Of a DNA stretch of 64,000 nt, positions 25,541 to 38,999 are shown piece by piece; position 1 is the first letter of the stretch; each line of letters opens with the position of its first letter. The stretch covers positions 1-64,000 of the forward strand of contig NKIB01012863.1 in the NCBI GenBank assembly GCA_002256025.1, in the 5' to 3' direction. The translations under genes and the position numbers were made by a program. The DNA is from Asterionella formosa. Taxonomy: Eukaryota. A model generated the notes under the pieces. The model ran no database searches and had not been told where the DNA came from. It saw only the letters and a list, made by a program, of their open reading frames with translations.

Positions 25541-25816
25541 GTAAGTCTCCCATTTGACTTAAATGAATGTGGAGCGAATTTCGCAGAAGAATGTGCAACT
25601 GGAATTTTCCAAGAAATTTGAAAAATAGCGAGGTCTGTGCACAATACACATGAGGAAGCATATTCCACGATCGATGAAGAAGTACGGAGTTTCCCGTACC
25701 TCCCTGCTGGAATATGCCAGTGTGTTCGCAAGAGATGTACTGGCAAGTGGTGTCACGTCTGATTTTGTATACAGTATTGGCTGCATACCGTACCATATGA
25801 ATGATGTAAACAGCTG

Positions 25817-25904
25817 CAAGTTGCCTGTCATTTTGCTTAAAAAACAATTTAATATCGGATAAAGACAGCTAAATATCTAGTTTCAGCACAATTGCCGCAA
25901 CTTC
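25817..25904. mobile_element. Tiny MITE, CAAGTTGCG family (diverged copy)
   Basis: CAAGTTGCCTGTCATTTTGC...GCACAATTGCCGCAACTT with CTG flanks. Confidence 0.75.
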
Positions 25905-25995
25905 CTGATATATATGTTCACTCCGGACTCCGGAAGTATCATATACCAACACGACACAAATTGCAATTATACATGTGTATTGACGAGGAAATCAA

Positions 25996-27462
25996 ATGAG
26001 CCCGGAAATACATGGTGGCAACATGACAACGAACGATCGCACCGGAATACAAGTACCGGCAGTTCCCTTTCATCAACTATACTTCACAAGGCGGCAGAGA
26101 CAACGACCATATCAACGGCAGCTTATTCGATGCGTGACAACGTGCATCCCGAGAAGGTTTCGGGGTCGACGTCGCTTTCGAACTAACTGTTATTATTGCG
26201 CCATTTGCGTTCTGCTACTGTTTAGCTTCGGACATAGAACGAGGATGGAGTTGTACATCCCCGTGACAACTTTGGAATCAGGGCTATTACCAGTGCCATC
26301 CCTGAAACGAATTCTTTTCTTTAATAAGTTCTGGAATCAATCCGATTACTTCTTTGGTAGTGGCCAATCACCCTTTCAATCTCATGCCTGTCCCGAAACG
26401 AGATGCTACACTAGCACGGACCATGGGGAAGGACCGAATTCGTATGATGCAATTGTGATTCATGGTGTCAATTTCGTCTTGGACCGAAGCACATTCGAAT
26501 ACATCAGCAGCTGGAGGCAACAGAGTCAGCATGTTGTTTTCTTCATGATGGAGTCGCCCGAATACAATGTGCATGCCTACGATTCACCCATATACAACAA
26601 TTTCTTCAATTGGACGATGACTTATCGAGAAGACAGTGATGTGGTGCGACGTTATGGATGGTTTGAAGACAAGAATGGTGGGATGGTACAAGATTGGAAC
26701 TCTCCTGACCTTAACCATTTCATTTCAACCATCCTTCCTGCCAAGGATGCTGCGTTTCACGCACTCGCCACTCGACCAAATTCTATTGCATGGATTGTCT
26801 CACACTGTTTAACGTCGTCGCATCGCGAAATTCTGGTGAAAGAGCTCCAAAACCATTTCAATGTGTCCATCTTTGGTAAATGCGGCCCTTTGCCTTGTAA
26901 GGACAACAGGGACAACAACAATTGCACAAGTCACATACATGACAACTTTAAATTTTACCTGGCCTTGGAGAATTGTTTTGCCAAGGATTATGTAACGGAA
27001 AAATTCTTTTTTCGCATGGCCCAACTGGAAACGATTCCAATAGTTTTGGGGCAAGCCAATTATTCCCGCATTGCTCCTCCACATTCCTATATTAATGCGT
27101 TGGACTATGATACCATCGACGAGTTCGTGGGCTACCTGAACGAGGTAGCTTCGAATCATTCGCTCTATCTGAGTTATTTTTGGTGGAAGGATCACTATAA
27201 AGTGCGAGGGACGAGGCAAGATTATGCTCAATCCTTTTGTGAATTGTGTGTCAAATTGTGGAATAAAAGTGACAAATCCTATCCAGACTTTGACCAATGG
27301 TGGCGACACGAGTCGAATGTGAATGCCGCCATGCCGAAATTCGAACAACTATTGGGAAATAATGTATCATTGTTGTTGGTGGAGGAGGAGGAGAAAAAGA
27401 GAATCTTTCAGCAGCACCCACACAAGACAAAGTTACGAATGAAGTTCCGCGATGTCAAGTAG
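25996..27462 (+). CDS. Alpha-1,3-fucosyltransferase (GT10 family)
   Basis: Type II TM segment; motifs MESP, FNWTMTYREDSD, WIVSHC, FKFYLALENCFAKDYVTEKFF and PPHSYIN. Confidence 0.95.
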   Translation: MSPEIHGGNMTTNDRTGIQVPAVPFHQLYFTRRQRQRPYQRQLIRCVTTCIPRRFRGRRRFRTNCYYCAICVLLLFSFGHRTRMELYIPVTTLESGLLPVPSLKRILFFNKFWNQSDYFFGSGQSPFQSHACPETRCYTSTDHGEGPNSYDAIVIHGVNFVLDRSTFEYISSWRQQSQHVVFFMMESPEYNVHAYDSPIYNNFFNWTMTYREDSDVVRRYGWFEDKNGGMVQDWNSPDLNHFISTILPAKDAAFHALATRPNSIAWIVSHCLTSSHREILVKELQNHFNVSIFGKCGPLPCKDNRDNNNCTSHIHDNFKFYLALENCFAKDYVTEKFFFRMAQLETIPIVLGQANYSRIAPPHSYINALDYDTIDEFVGYLNEVASNHSLYLSYFWWKDHYKVRGTRQDYAQSFCELCVKLWNKSDKSYPDFDQWWRHESNVNAAMPKFEQLLGNNVSLLLVEEEEKKRIFQQHPHKTKLRMKFRDVK

Positions 27463-28467
27463 ATTTTTGTAAATGTATGATGTAAGTTTATACTCTTTCT
27501 CGAACTCATTGGGTTCTGCACAAATATGCTGTGTATTTATTTATTTATATCATCCGGCATACCCCAGTATTTATTTTTCTAATTGATTCATTGCAAAGTG
27601 ATCACTGGAAAAATAGTCGTAGCTCTGCTGTGGCAGTTGTGAGAGTAATAGTAGTCTTCTGGTAGTTCATAGTCTAGATGAAGTCTCGCTCATGCTTCAA
27701 TGCTGCAGTATAGCAGCAACTATGTTACAAAACTCAAGAATTGCTCATGACAATTAACTGCAAATGCTATTCAGATAGATATGCAATGGTCAATCATTCT
27801 ACAAGATATTCCTGTGCCATTTGATTTCATTGTTGTCTGACCCTTGACATGATGATCTGTTGGTACCGGTAGTCCTCTACCGCTACATTCCAGTACTGCT
27901 AGAGCAGTCTTGTAAGATGATGCTTGCATAAAAGTCACCGAACCATTAATGTAACGGTAGTTGACATCGCATGATACCGGTATCGTAGTATCTGGTACCA
28001 GGTACTCCCCATCATCACATTGCGTACGACTAGATACAATATTCTACCATACCGGTACCAAGGTACCTGGTATGGTAGAGGTATATGGTTGGACACCTGG
28101 AAGTGCACAAAGGCCAGAAGCGCGGCGCGCAAAACTAGGAGAGGCGGATCTATGTGAATTTTCATTCCAATTTGTGCCCACGTCAGCAAAGGAGCCGCGG
28201 ACAGGTAAATGATGAGACTGGAGGATCGGTTGGTTCAGCCTGCTGTGATATAATTTTATGCACTCAGTATGTATGATTATGCTACTATTTATTTATGTAC
28301 ATCCAATCAGTGCGAAGGATCCACAAACAGGCACATGCAGAAGAAATGAAATCACATATCACAAACTGAATCTGTGAAGCAACTACACTGCCGAGTTATA
28401 CATTGCAGAACTTGATCTCGCCCCCTCAAGTTCTCACACAGCGACAGCTACCCGCTATTGTCGAATC

Positions 28468-31400
28468 ATGGCGCGCTTCATAGCAGCCGCATTGGCGCTG
28501 CTTCTGAGCAGCGAGCAGAATGTCGCAGCCTTTTCTTCCAAACGAGCCAGAACAACGCCACTCACTCCTCGCTTCGTTGCCGCCGAGCAAGACTGCGCCG
28601 TTACCAACCCTTCCTTCACCAAGAGGCAGTCCTGCGAGCTACCTGTTTTCACCAACGTCATGGCTGCCAACCGGGCCGAGATCGCCGTCCGCATCATGCG
28701 CGCAGCGACCGAGTTGAATTCTGGCACTGTGGCCATTTACGGACACGAAGATCGATATTCCCAGCATCGGTGGGGCGCTGATCGATCGTTTTTGCTAGAA
28801 AAGCATGCCGACGCGACTCCAATATCCGCGTATTTAGATATGGACCAGATTATCAAGATTGCGAAGGAGGCGAACGTTGATGCGATCCATCCGGGATACG
28901 GATTCTTGAGTGAGAGTCCGGCGTTTGCACAAAAGTGTGAAGATGCCGGCATTGCCTTTGTAGGGCCGACGGTGGAGAATTTAAACACCTTTAGCGACAA
29001 GACGACGGCGAGGAAGGCAGCGATTGCTGCGGGGGTTCCTGTGGTGCCCGGAAGTGATGGGGCCATGAAAGATGCCGCAGAAGTTACCAAGTTTGTGGAA
29101 GAAATTGGTCTTCCCGTGATTTTGAAGGTACGTGCACGGAATTAAAACTATACTATCAGCCTTCATGACAGTACCATTCGATACCTCTACTCACTTATCC
29201 ATCTTTACACAATTCCTACAGGCCGCCATGGGTGGTGGAGGGAAAGGTATGCGCGTAGTTAGGCGTATGGAAGACTTGGTACCCTTTTTCGAATCAGCAT
29301 CGTCCGAAGCTCTGGCTTCCTTTGGAGATGGATCCGTTTTTGTCGAAAGATTTGTTGACCGTCCGCGTCACATTGAAATACAAATCATCGGAGACGGGAC
29401 CGGAAATGTGGTTCATTTGTGGGAGCGAGATTGCTCGGTACAACGTAGGCATCAAAAGGTGATTGAAATGGCCCCGGCATGGACCTTGCCCATGGAAGTC
29501 AGACAGAATTTACATAAATATGCTTTGCAGTTGACCAGTGCTGCCAAGTACAAAAATGCAGGAACGGTGGAGTTTCTGATTGATGCCGAGTTGAGGCCTT
29601 ATTTTATCGAAGTCAATCCAAGAATTCAAGTTGAACACACAGTAACGGAAGAAGTTACTGGAATCGATTTGGTGCAAGCGCAACTCAAGATTGCGGCAGG
29701 AGCTACCTTGGAAGAAATCGGGCTCATTCAAGAGAATATTCAACCGCGGTGAGTCTATAGTATTGGGGCTGCCTTTGGTTTTTCCTCTGAACTTATCGTT
29801 TCACTCACGTTGCAAACTATAGGGGTGTTGCAATTCAGTGCCGTGTCACCACAGAAAATCCGGAACGTGACTTTGCCCCTGACACTGGAACCTTGACACT
29901 TTATCGCCACTCCGCTGGTTGTGGTGTTCGTATGGATGGTATTGGATACAGTGGTTTGACTATTACTCCCTTTTTTGACTCCATGATTGTTAAGTACACC
30001 GCCAGAGGATCGGGCTTCAAAGAGACTGTCGCTCGCATGAAGCGTGTCTTGCAAGAGTGCCGCATTCGTGGTGTCAAGACGAATATCCCATTCTTGTTAA
30101 ATGTTTTGGCTCATCCAGACTTTGAAAGCGGGATCGTTACAACTTCATTCATTGACGAGAATCCAAGCCTGAAGGCAACATCGGGATCGAAATGGGATTT
30201 TGCCAATATCGAGCAGGCTGACCCGAAAAAGGTGTTTTCTACGGATCGGTACCTTCGATACCTGGCTAACCTTGCAGTCAATGGGCATCCTGCTGAACTC
30301 GGTGCTGATCCTAGCAAAATCAAGGCAGGTGCTGGCCACGTCGTCGCTCCTAGATTGCCTCCTCGAACGGTATCTGCTGTTGGTACCAAAAAGGGTATGC
30401 GTCACATTTTGCTTGAACAGGGACCCACAGCATTTGCAAAGGCTGTCCGTGAACACAAGGGATTGCTTATCACGGATACCACATGGCGGGATGCCCATCA
30501 ATCGCTATTGGCGACCCGTATGCGTACCCAGGAGCTCCTGAGATGTGCGGATGCTACTAATATTGCGTTGGAGAATGCTTTTTCTCTTGAAATGTGGGGT
30601 GGGGCAACTTTTGACGTTGCCATGAGGTTTCTTCACGAATGTCCTTGGGAACGCTTAGAAAAGTTGCGCGAGGCTGTCCCAGATATCCCATTCCAGATGC
30701 TCCTTCGAGGAGCCAACGCTGTTGGATACACCAACTACCCTGATAATGTTGTGTACAAATTCTGTGACCAAGCTAAAAAGTCTGGTATTGATATTTTTCG
30801 TGTGTTCGACTCTTTGAACTATATGGAGAACCTCAAGCTTGGAGTTGACGCTGTCCACAAGGCTGGTGGATTCGTCGAAGGAACCATGTCCTATACGGGT
30901 GATGTTGCCGACCCTACGAGGGGCAAGTACAATTTAGAATACTATCTCAAGCTCGCTCAAGAGTTGGTAAATGAAGGTGTTCATTCTCTTGCTGTCAAGG
31001 ACATGGCTGGTTTGCTCACGCCTCGTGCTACGAAAATGCTTGTCAGCGCCTTACGAGCTCAGCACCCTGATACTCCCATTCACGTACACACTCATGATAC
31101 TGCTGGAAGTGGTGTTGCCTCGATGTTGGCTGCTGCCGATGCTGGAGCTGATATCGTTGATGCTGCCATTGATGCCATGTCGGGCTTGACATCACAACCT
31201 TCACTTGGGGCTATTTCTGCCAACTTACGAGGCACTGAGCTAGACACTGGACTTGACCCAGCCATGGTTGGTCCTCTGAATACCTACTGGGAGAATGTAC
31301 GTTCTCTGTATGCTCCCTTCGAGTCTGGCCAGTTATCTGGTTCGTCTGATGTGTACCAAAATGAGATTCCTGGAGGACAATACACGAACCTGTTGTTCCA

Positions 31401-32364
31401 ATCCAGACAACTTGGATTGACTGAAAAATGGCCTGAGATCAAGCAAAAGTATGCAGAAGCGAATATTATTCTTGGAGATATTCCAAAGGTGACGCCATCA
31501 TCCAAGGTCGTTGGTGACTTGGCTCAGTTCATGGTTGCTCAGAACTTGGACTCGACTTCAATTTTGGACCAGGCCGACACTTTGGCCTTTCCAGACTCGG
31601 TCGTTAATTACCTGCGTGGTGATATTGGAATTCCTCCAGGTGGATTTCCAGAGCCACTGCGTTCAAAGGTGTTGGCTAGCCGCGGCTTGGCCCCCATCGA
31701 AGGACGACCAGGTGCCTCTCTTAACGACTATGACTTTGAAAAAGAGAAGGCTTCTCTCATCAAGCAGTATGGAGAAAGCAACGTTTCCGAAAAAGATCTT
31801 CTTTCCTACGCTCTTTACCCCAGTGTCTATGAAGGCTGGAAGGAGTTTGAATCCGTCTATGGCGAGGTCAGCAAATTGCCTACGGCCGTCTTTTTAAATC
31901 CAATGCGGGAGGGTGACGAATTTGAATTGGAAATGTCGTTTGGTAACACAATGATTGTTAAGCTCGTGTCCATCCAGGATGCCCGGGACGATGGTTTTCG
32001 CACAGTAACCTTTGAAGTTAACGGCGAACAGTGGTACATTCCTGTGACGGACCATTCCGCAGAGGGTGCCGGTGCCGCCCGAGAAAAGGCCAAGGGTCCT
32101 GGCGCTGTCGGTTCTCCCATGCCAGGTGTGATTGTTGGTCTCAAGGTAAAGGCAGGTGATGTGGTTGCAGAAGGAGAGACACTGGCAACGTTGTCGGCCA
32201 TGAAGATGGAAACGTCCATTCCGGCCACAAAATCTGGTATAATCAAGCGAATCGTAGTGAATGTTGGAGATAAGGTAAACGGCGACGATCTTTTGATGGA
32301 AATCGTTGAGAATATGGAAAAGGCTGACGGAGATGAATTAGTCTTGCAAATGAAAGCAGAGTAA
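28468..32364 (+). CDS. PYC: Pyruvate carboxylase, probably plastid-targeted; introns 29128-29221 and 29749-29822
   Basis: Motifs ANRAEIA, HPGYGFLSE, RDCSVQRRHQK, DTTWRDAHQSL, EMWGGATFD, HVHTHD and biotin-site AMKM. Signal peptide followed by AAF. GT-AG introns restore the frame. Confidence 0.97.
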
Positions 32365-32781
32365 ATTGAATAGTTTCCATAATTTGCATACACTTGATGA
32401 AACTATTTATGAACATGATTTTAAAGATTTTTAAATGAACGACTGAAGTTGCCAGACAATATATTCGTGCCTGAGAATCCTATATTGATGTGGTGAAGCT
32501 AGACTACCTATAGTCGCTGGTGGCCTTCTGTAGTTTATGATTGACCATATGCGCATGGACAGTCATGACAATAATTCTCAGTACATAATGATATTGCATT
32601 ACTGGAAGGGAACATGATACCTTGTGACACTTTCCAGCGGCAAGACGACAATGCAGTATATATACACATAATGTCCAGCATAATTCCATTCCACTAATTG
32701 TTATCGGAATTTTCAACTCTCTCTATATACTGTTTTCAAAACCATCCAATCGTAAGGCTCGAGAATGCCATTCCATCTCAT

Positions 32782-33223
32782 TTAATGAGCAGCATCGGCG
32801 GCACGTGATGCCTTGGATGAGACTCCGAAGATGGGATTCATATTGTGGTAACGCATGTATGCACGTTGGGCAGCCAAGTATTCAGGAGAGCAAGTAAAGG
32901 GAAGCTTCTGGTTCACTATAGTTGTATGATAGAAACGCAACAGTGGATAATTGTGGTTAGGTCGTGCAATATTGGGTAAATAAACAAAAATAAAGAATAT
33001 CATGAAAAGGCCCCGTTCACAATATTACACAGACAAACGTACTCAGCGGCAACCAAGAAAGAGCCATGATGAGGGCAACAACTCCAGGGATCACAATACC
33101 TGGTGGCATCGTACTCATTCTCTGAATAAGTGGCGAGGCTCTGTTGACACCACTGCCATAAGGAGAACGATTTAGCGCCGTTCGAGGACCAAAAGGAGGA
33201 GGTTCGTAAAAGACTTTCACCAT
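32782..33223 (-). CDS. Cytochrome c oxidase subunit IV-like protein; intron 32916-33042
   Basis: Spliced product has one TM segment followed by LPFTCSPEYLAAQRAYMRYHNMNPIFGVSS, resembling the COX4-family C-terminus. Confidence 0.65.
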
Positions 33224-33781
33224 TTTGCTGTTTTTGTGCGTTTTCATTAAAGTACCTGGTAGCGTGTCAGGCCTCAACAGCATGGCTGTGTTCGCAAATG
33301 GAATAATGACGCAGAGACAGCCAGACGTGTCGGAATAAAGTGACGTCACATCTTGAAGTATCCGGCATTCCAGATGCCTTTAAAAGTTGGTGCTTGCTTG
33401 CTTTGCTTCCTCCTCGCAGGCAAGAACGGCTCGCAAACTGTAACAGGTCCTAATGTAAATGTAGTCTAATTTTATAATGAGGCCAATCAGCCATCATCGT
33501 GACATCATGTATCAAATATGCCGGAATTAGTTCATAAGCAACAAACAAAAGTACGACCGCAAGGAGCAACAAACTCGTACATGTACCGATAGTACCTGGG
33601 GGTACCAGGGACTCAGGTACCATCACGGGCATCCTACTACCGATGTATACCAGGTACCAGGTATTGTATGTAAAAATAGCTAGACTACAAATATAGCAAT
33701 GCAGATAAGTGTGATATACCGGCCGAAGCTACCTGGTAGCCTCCTCAGATGAGGAATACCGGTACCTGGTACCAGTACCAG

Positions 33782-33870
33782 CAAGTTGCGGTCATTTTGC
33801 TTAAAACTAACATTTTAATCTGGGATAAAGATAGCTAAATCTTTAGTTGGAGCAAAATTAGCGCAACTTG
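33782..33870. mobile_element. Tiny MITE, CAAGTTGCG family
   Basis: CAAGTTGCGGT...GCGCAACTTG with CAG on both sides. Confidence 0.85.
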
Positions 33871-34058
33871 CAGGTACGGGTACCTTTGTTTGGTATTTGC
33901 ATTGATGTTCCGTCCACCTGTAGTAAATTCAGTAATTCGACTACAGTACTCCATTTTAGTAGAGTCAACTCTTAAGACAAAGTCTACAACTTCTCTCAAT
34001 AACTGCAGATAACTTCATATTTAAACACAACATGAGACAAGAACGAGGAACAAAGTCG

Positions 34059-35867
34059 ATGAAATTGTGTCTTTCCTTCATATGCGGCCTCTTCCAAATA
34101 CAGACCGCAGTTTCTGCATTTTTCAGTGCGCTTCGGCCAAATTTGGTCACGCCCCTCTTTCTCTCTGACTTTGATTTCGAGTACACTCCGCCCAATGAAG
34201 GCGCCTGGGCTCCTTCGACATCGACTCTTCCATCTGTGTACCCCCAGGGTACACCACCAGGTATGCGAGGCGAGGCGGTCAGGGCTGCACTCCGATCAGG
34301 TCGCTGCATTGCATGGGATTTCACAACAACGCCCTACTGTCAGGGACTATTGCAAATACGAGGAAAGGGCACTTTAGATTTTATAAACAACAAAGTTAGC
34401 AATACGGTGAAATCTGGACAAGCTGTTAGAGCGTGCTTATTGAATGCCAAGGGACGTTTGGTGGATACGCTGATGGTGGCATCGCTCGACCAAGAGAATG
34501 CGTACATTATGACGTCGCCCGGACATGGGGGGAGCAAACTGTTTTCAAAGCTGGATCCACTCATTTTCCCACTTGATCAAGTGCAACTAACTGACTGCAG
34601 TGAGGATTCGAGAATCATTACTTTAGCTTCGATTTCATTGTTGGATGTACAGCAATGCATTCAACGAGATGTGTTACCAATATTGAACGTGCAAGCGAAT
34701 TGGAAATTCCCAAAACCAGGTGAATGCTATGAATTTCCATTAAAATGTGGAGCCTCCTTGTTGATCCTGCCTACATGTATCCTACCTGATGTGGCGTGCT
34801 TTGGATACACACTTGTACTTCGGAACGACAAGGTCGACTTGGCTCAAGTCCTGTGGAGGAACTTGGTGACGGAAGCCAATCCGGAAGGACCGATTGAAAT
34901 TGGAGCGCTTGAGTGGGACACACTACGCATTGAATCGGGTATGCCACTCTATGGAGTCGAAATGACAGGAGATGATAAGGAAGCGAAGAATAGTCCATCG
35001 CCGCTAGAGCTGTACCTTGATGAACAAATTGACATGTCCAAGGGCTGTTACTTGGGACAGGAAGGGGTTGCAAGTATATTCAAAAATCCACGAGGACCTC
35101 CGAGGAGGCTTTATCAAGTTGTGTTCGAGGACGATGACAATGTATATGGTTTCCAATCGGAGGGAGACGATACGAAGGTTGACAATTTGACAAAGTTGCC
35201 TCAACAAGGACAAGATTTGTATGTTCTGGGGTCAAATGAACAAATTTCTGTAGGGAAATTACTGTCCGTGGCTGAACCGGGTGGGACAGGCGATGCCCAT
35301 GTTGTGGCACTAGCATTGATTCGACGAGCAGACTCAATTTTGAAGCAAATGAAGGAGCTTAATTTAGAAGTCGGGAATAATGACCCGTTTGCAAATGATC
35401 CACTCTGGAATGGAGGAGTTGTCGTAGTAAATGTGAACCAACGAGAATCACCAATAAAGGACCCGTTAGACGGTTTGGAAGTTATTGTTGGTGGAACATT
35501 TACTGTGGGGACCTTGCTCCCTGTTCCTGGGCGGAGATTGCGGCGGGGCAGAACGTTGTACGACGACGTTGCTACTTGGGACGACATCGGGAATGAAAAT
35601 GCCGAAGTTGAACGGATTATTGGTCCTCGTCCAACAAAGCCTCAAGATGAAGACTGGGAGCCCGCTCCAGAAGTGGCAGCAGCACTCTCTTCTCAAGCTG
35701 AAGAAGCGGAATACGCGGCAGTTATGCTTGAAGCAAAGCAGGCCGAGGAAGAGGCTGATGCTGCTGCAGCAGAAGCGCAACGCAAAGCGGAAAAATTGCA
35801 GCTTTTGAAACAGCGGGCTGAGGAGGCCATGGCCAAACGAAAGGCTAAAAAGGTCGAGGGAAGTTAA
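34059..35867 (+). CDS. YgfZ/COG0354-like folate-binding aminomethyltransferase-fold protein, probably plastid-targeted
   Basis: KGCYLGQE signature, plus LLNAKGR and LRIESGMP. N-terminus MKLCL...AVSAF. Confidence 0.88.
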   Translation: MKLCLSFICGLFQIQTAVSAFFSALRPNLVTPLFLSDFDFEYTPPNEGAWAPSTSTLPSVYPQGTPPGMRGEAVRAALRSGRCIAWDFTTTPYCQGLLQIRGKGTLDFINNKVSNTVKSGQAVRACLLNAKGRLVDTLMVASLDQENAYIMTSPGHGGSKLFSKLDPLIFPLDQVQLTDCSEDSRIITLASISLLDVQQCIQRDVLPILNVQANWKFPKPGECYEFPLKCGASLLILPTCILPDVACFGYTLVLRNDKVDLAQVLWRNLVTEANPEGPIEIGALEWDTLRIESGMPLYGVEMTGDDKEAKNSPSPLELYLDEQIDMSKGCYLGQEGVASIFKNPRGPPRRLYQVVFEDDDNVYGFQSEGDDTKVDNLTKLPQQGQDLYVLGSNEQISVGKLLSVAEPGGTGDAHVVALALIRRADSILKQMKELNLEVGNNDPFANDPLWNGGVVVVNVNQRESPIKDPLDGLEVIVGGTFTVGTLLPVPGRRLRRGRTLYDDVATWDDIGNENAEVERIIGPRPTKPQDEDWEPAPEVAAALSSQAEEAEYAAVMLEAKQAEEEADAAAAEAQRKAEKLQLLKQRAEEAMAKRKAKKVEGS

Positions 35868-36382
35868 TAGCCAACAGCAAAGGTGATCAGCAAGGAAGGG
35901 TGGAGATTTAGGTATGAAAGTCCAATGTAGAAATGCCAAAACCAACCCAGTACATGCAAAGTCTCCCGGCAGCTATTTGATTGATACCACACAGACTATG
36001 GAGGTTCTAAATCAATATGACTCTTACTTTGTGGTGCAATATTTGGTTCTGCATGTGCAGGATGCTGCCACGAATATACTCCAACATGACAAAGATATGA
36101 TAGCCATTGTAAAGGAACTAATGAAATCTGACTTGTTACCAATATATGACGTTTGTTAATGCTGCAATGCCTAAAACATATCATGATTTGCATTTTGACA
36201 TAAACTTCATCAACAACCTCATTCCTAAAATTCCATGTTTTAAATCATTTCACAGAAATGAAGTGATTGTTGATTTTGGTCTGCCAACACTTCATCTGTT
36301 CGACACGCTATTATGCAGTGCATGAAATAAGAATTGTGCATGGACAAACTCTAAAATTTATAATAGTGCAATGATGGCAGCT

Positions 36383-37864
36383 CTATGAGAATGGATTCAA
36401 AAGTCCATCTTGTTCGCCCACCATGGTCGCTGCTACTGTTGTAGTCCTTATTTTCTTCGTCGGAAGTAATGACACAAAAATCGTCCCAAGAAAATAAAGG
36501 AAAGAAGCAAAGGCAAACATTGTGCCAGGTCCAAGTGTTGTCTTGGTATGGCTGTAGATATATTCCAACATTATTGGTCCTATAGCATCTGCCAAAGCAG
36601 ACAGTGCAAACAAGGCCCCCTGGATACGTCCCTGTTCATGTTTATCCACATTGTTTGCAGCCAGGGATGACAACAATGGAAAATTTGTCTTGGTCAATTG
36701 TGATAGACAAAATGCGACATAAATTAATCTTTTTCCTCGTGCCAGTGCATAACACGCATTGTGGCATGTTCCTGACAAGAATGACGTCACCAACAACCCT
36801 TTTTCTCCTAAATAAGCAATCATGGACTTTAGTAGGAGAGCTTGAATCACAATTCCAAGCATGCCCATGATGAAGAATATCTGAGCCAAATCCGAGTCTC
36901 TAACGTTCAGTTGGTCTTCCACATAGTACACTACAAGAACAATATCAGATGAATATACCATGCCACTTAAAAAGGAACCAGCAGCAAGTAGTCGCAAAAA
37001 GGAATCTCGATTTAGAATAGCCATTTCAGTAATGGGACGAACCATGATTTTCCAACCCCTTCCTTCTTCTTGTTCCTCTCTTCTCGCTCGATTTTCCTCT
37101 GCAATGTCAGCAGGTAGCGTCTCTGGAAGCAGAAACAGGGAACACAAAAAGGCGGAAAAGATGAGCATAAATGATGCTATAGATACCCATAAGTGAGTCA
37201 TGAGAAGTGGAAATGATGGTCCAAAAGAAAATCCAATATAAAACGATGCCAACAACATTCCAAAAGCTGGAGCTCTCCATTTCGGCGGCATGACATCTGA
37301 AAGAATGGCAAATGAGATCGACATGCTGTTGACTGCACCACCGGCGCAATCAAAAATGTAGAACCAAACCGGTTCGATGGATGGTAACATCTGCAAAACA
37401 ACCAACATGAAAGGAGATAAAAGAGATAAAATCATGGCCAGCACCATGAAAATTTTTCGTCCTCTTACATCACTGATGCTGCCTATGAGTGAGTTGAAGG
37501 TCAACGTGAACATATTCCGTGCAAAGGCCGATAACGCAGCAGCTTCTTGCGCGTCATCCGAACCAGCTTGGCAGGATTCTGGTTTTTCTACACGGTCAAA
37601 GGTGGAGCAATCTGGTCCAACGTACTGATGATGCAGTATGGCATATCGTTCCGCCATGACATCAGGAATCACGCCAACCGTACAGCTAATCCCAAAAGAT
37701 AGAAACAAACTCAAAATCAGAATTTGTGGTGCGCCATTTGCTTTGAAGAAGGCCTTGACAAAAAGTCGGTAGTCATCAGACAATGCTTCATCATCACCTT
37801 CCCTTGGTATTTCGGTGTTATCTGGTGGTAGCAAAGGTTCTTGTTCCGGTGCGAGGACCATCAT
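36383..37864 (-). CDS. MFS transporter (TetA/MFSD14-like)
   Basis: About 12 hydrophobic segments, motif A GSISDVRGRK, and EQGRIQGA. Confidence 0.9.
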   Translation of the reverse strand: MMVLAPEQEPLLPPDNTEIPREGDDEALSDDYRLFVKAFFKANGAPQILILSLFLSFGISCTVGVIPDVMAERYAILHHQYVGPDCSTFDRVEKPESCQAGSDDAQEAAALSAFARNMFTLTFNSLIGSISDVRGRKIFMVLAMILSLLSPFMLVVLQMLPSIEPVWFYIFDCAGGAVNSMSISFAILSDVMPPKWRAPAFGMLLASFYIGFSFGPSFPLLMTHLWVSIASFMLIFSAFLCSLFLLPETLPADIAEENRARREEQEEGRGWKIMVRPITEMAILNRDSFLRLLAAGSFLSGMVYSSDIVLVVYYVEDQLNVRDSDLAQIFFIMGMLGIVIQALLLKSMIAYLGEKGLLVTSFLSGTCHNACYALARGKRLIYVAFCLSQLTKTNFPLLSSLAANNVDKHEQGRIQGALFALSALADAIGPIMLEYIYSHTKTTLGPGTMFAFASFLYFLGTIFVSLLPTKKIRTTTVAATMVGEQDGLLNPFS

Positions 37865-38207
37865 GGTCGTTTGTACTTTATAGTAATCGGAATATTAGTC
37901 GTTTGTTCATCATGCCTTTTGATTGATTTATAAGATACCAAATGTACCTGGTACTCAATCGGAGTACCGGTATTTGTAAGAAGTGAGAGCGAAACGCAAC
38001 GGTACTACCGGTAGGACTAGTATTGGTTCGAGTTAGTATACCGGTACTACCTGGTACCAGGTACCAGGGTACCTGGTATTCATCTAATACGGGGGTATGC
38101 ATACTCTATGCTTACAGTAATTTGCTTACCGGTAGGTACATACCGGTATTTACAAGTGTTATTGGGAGACTTCGAAGACGAAGGGCCTAATATCATACGT
38201 CTAAGGC

Positions 38208-38350
38208 GATCACCTTTTGTGAGAGGTGGTTGGGGAACCACCCACCTACGCTAGTAACAAAATTAGGGAAGCACAGGTCTTGTTGGTGGCAGGCAGCATA
38301 ATGAGTACTTGCCTTGAAAAAGGGGAGAAGGAATGGGCTATAAAACAGAT
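38208..38350 (+). repeat. 3' fragment of the SINE-like repeat at 5646-5990
   Basis: GATCACCTTTTG..GGTGGTTGGGGA...TACTTGCCTTGAAA.AGGGGAG...GAATGGGCTATAAAACA is shared with 5861-5990. Confidence 0.75.
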
Positions 38351-38999
38351 TATCATTTATTCTATGAGCAACCACAATCTTTTTTAACTACTACTTCCAC
38401 ACAAGGAAGAAGGGACTACCACCCAAACTTGTCCACCGCCCCACCTTATATGGGCCATGGAATGTAAAGGCGGCAACTCTAGAAATAGAATAAGAAGAAT
38501 GCACTTTAAAAATGATCAATATATATATTTGTAGTTGTAGATGCATTCACAACTATTATTATGTAGTACCGGTAGTAGTTGCTGCAGCTGACAGCAATGC
38601 ACACCATTTGAAAAATCACCACATTGCGCATATAACCGGTAGCTAAATAATAGATATACCGTATACGGTATATGAATGCGTTGAGGAATCTGAGCGAAAG
38701 AACAACATACGTATGATGTACCCCGTGGTACCGGTAATAGGCCACCAAACATATAGCTGTACCGGTAGTGGAGTAATACCGGCAGACATACCACATATAG
38801 AGCTTGGATCAGATCAGATCAGATTAGATCAGACCATATTATTTATTACTCTATGATACTAGGTATGGAGATGGACATGGTATACATCAAACTATCAATT
38901 GTCCAATAGATAAAGCACCGATAGTAACAGGATACCTGGTAGTCAATCATCAAGATATAATACGACGACGAGGCAGTGCTCGATCCATCAGTGCCAACG

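Noticed and set aside
38806..38833. (GATCA)n microsatellite
   Set aside because: Short simple repeat with no further signal.
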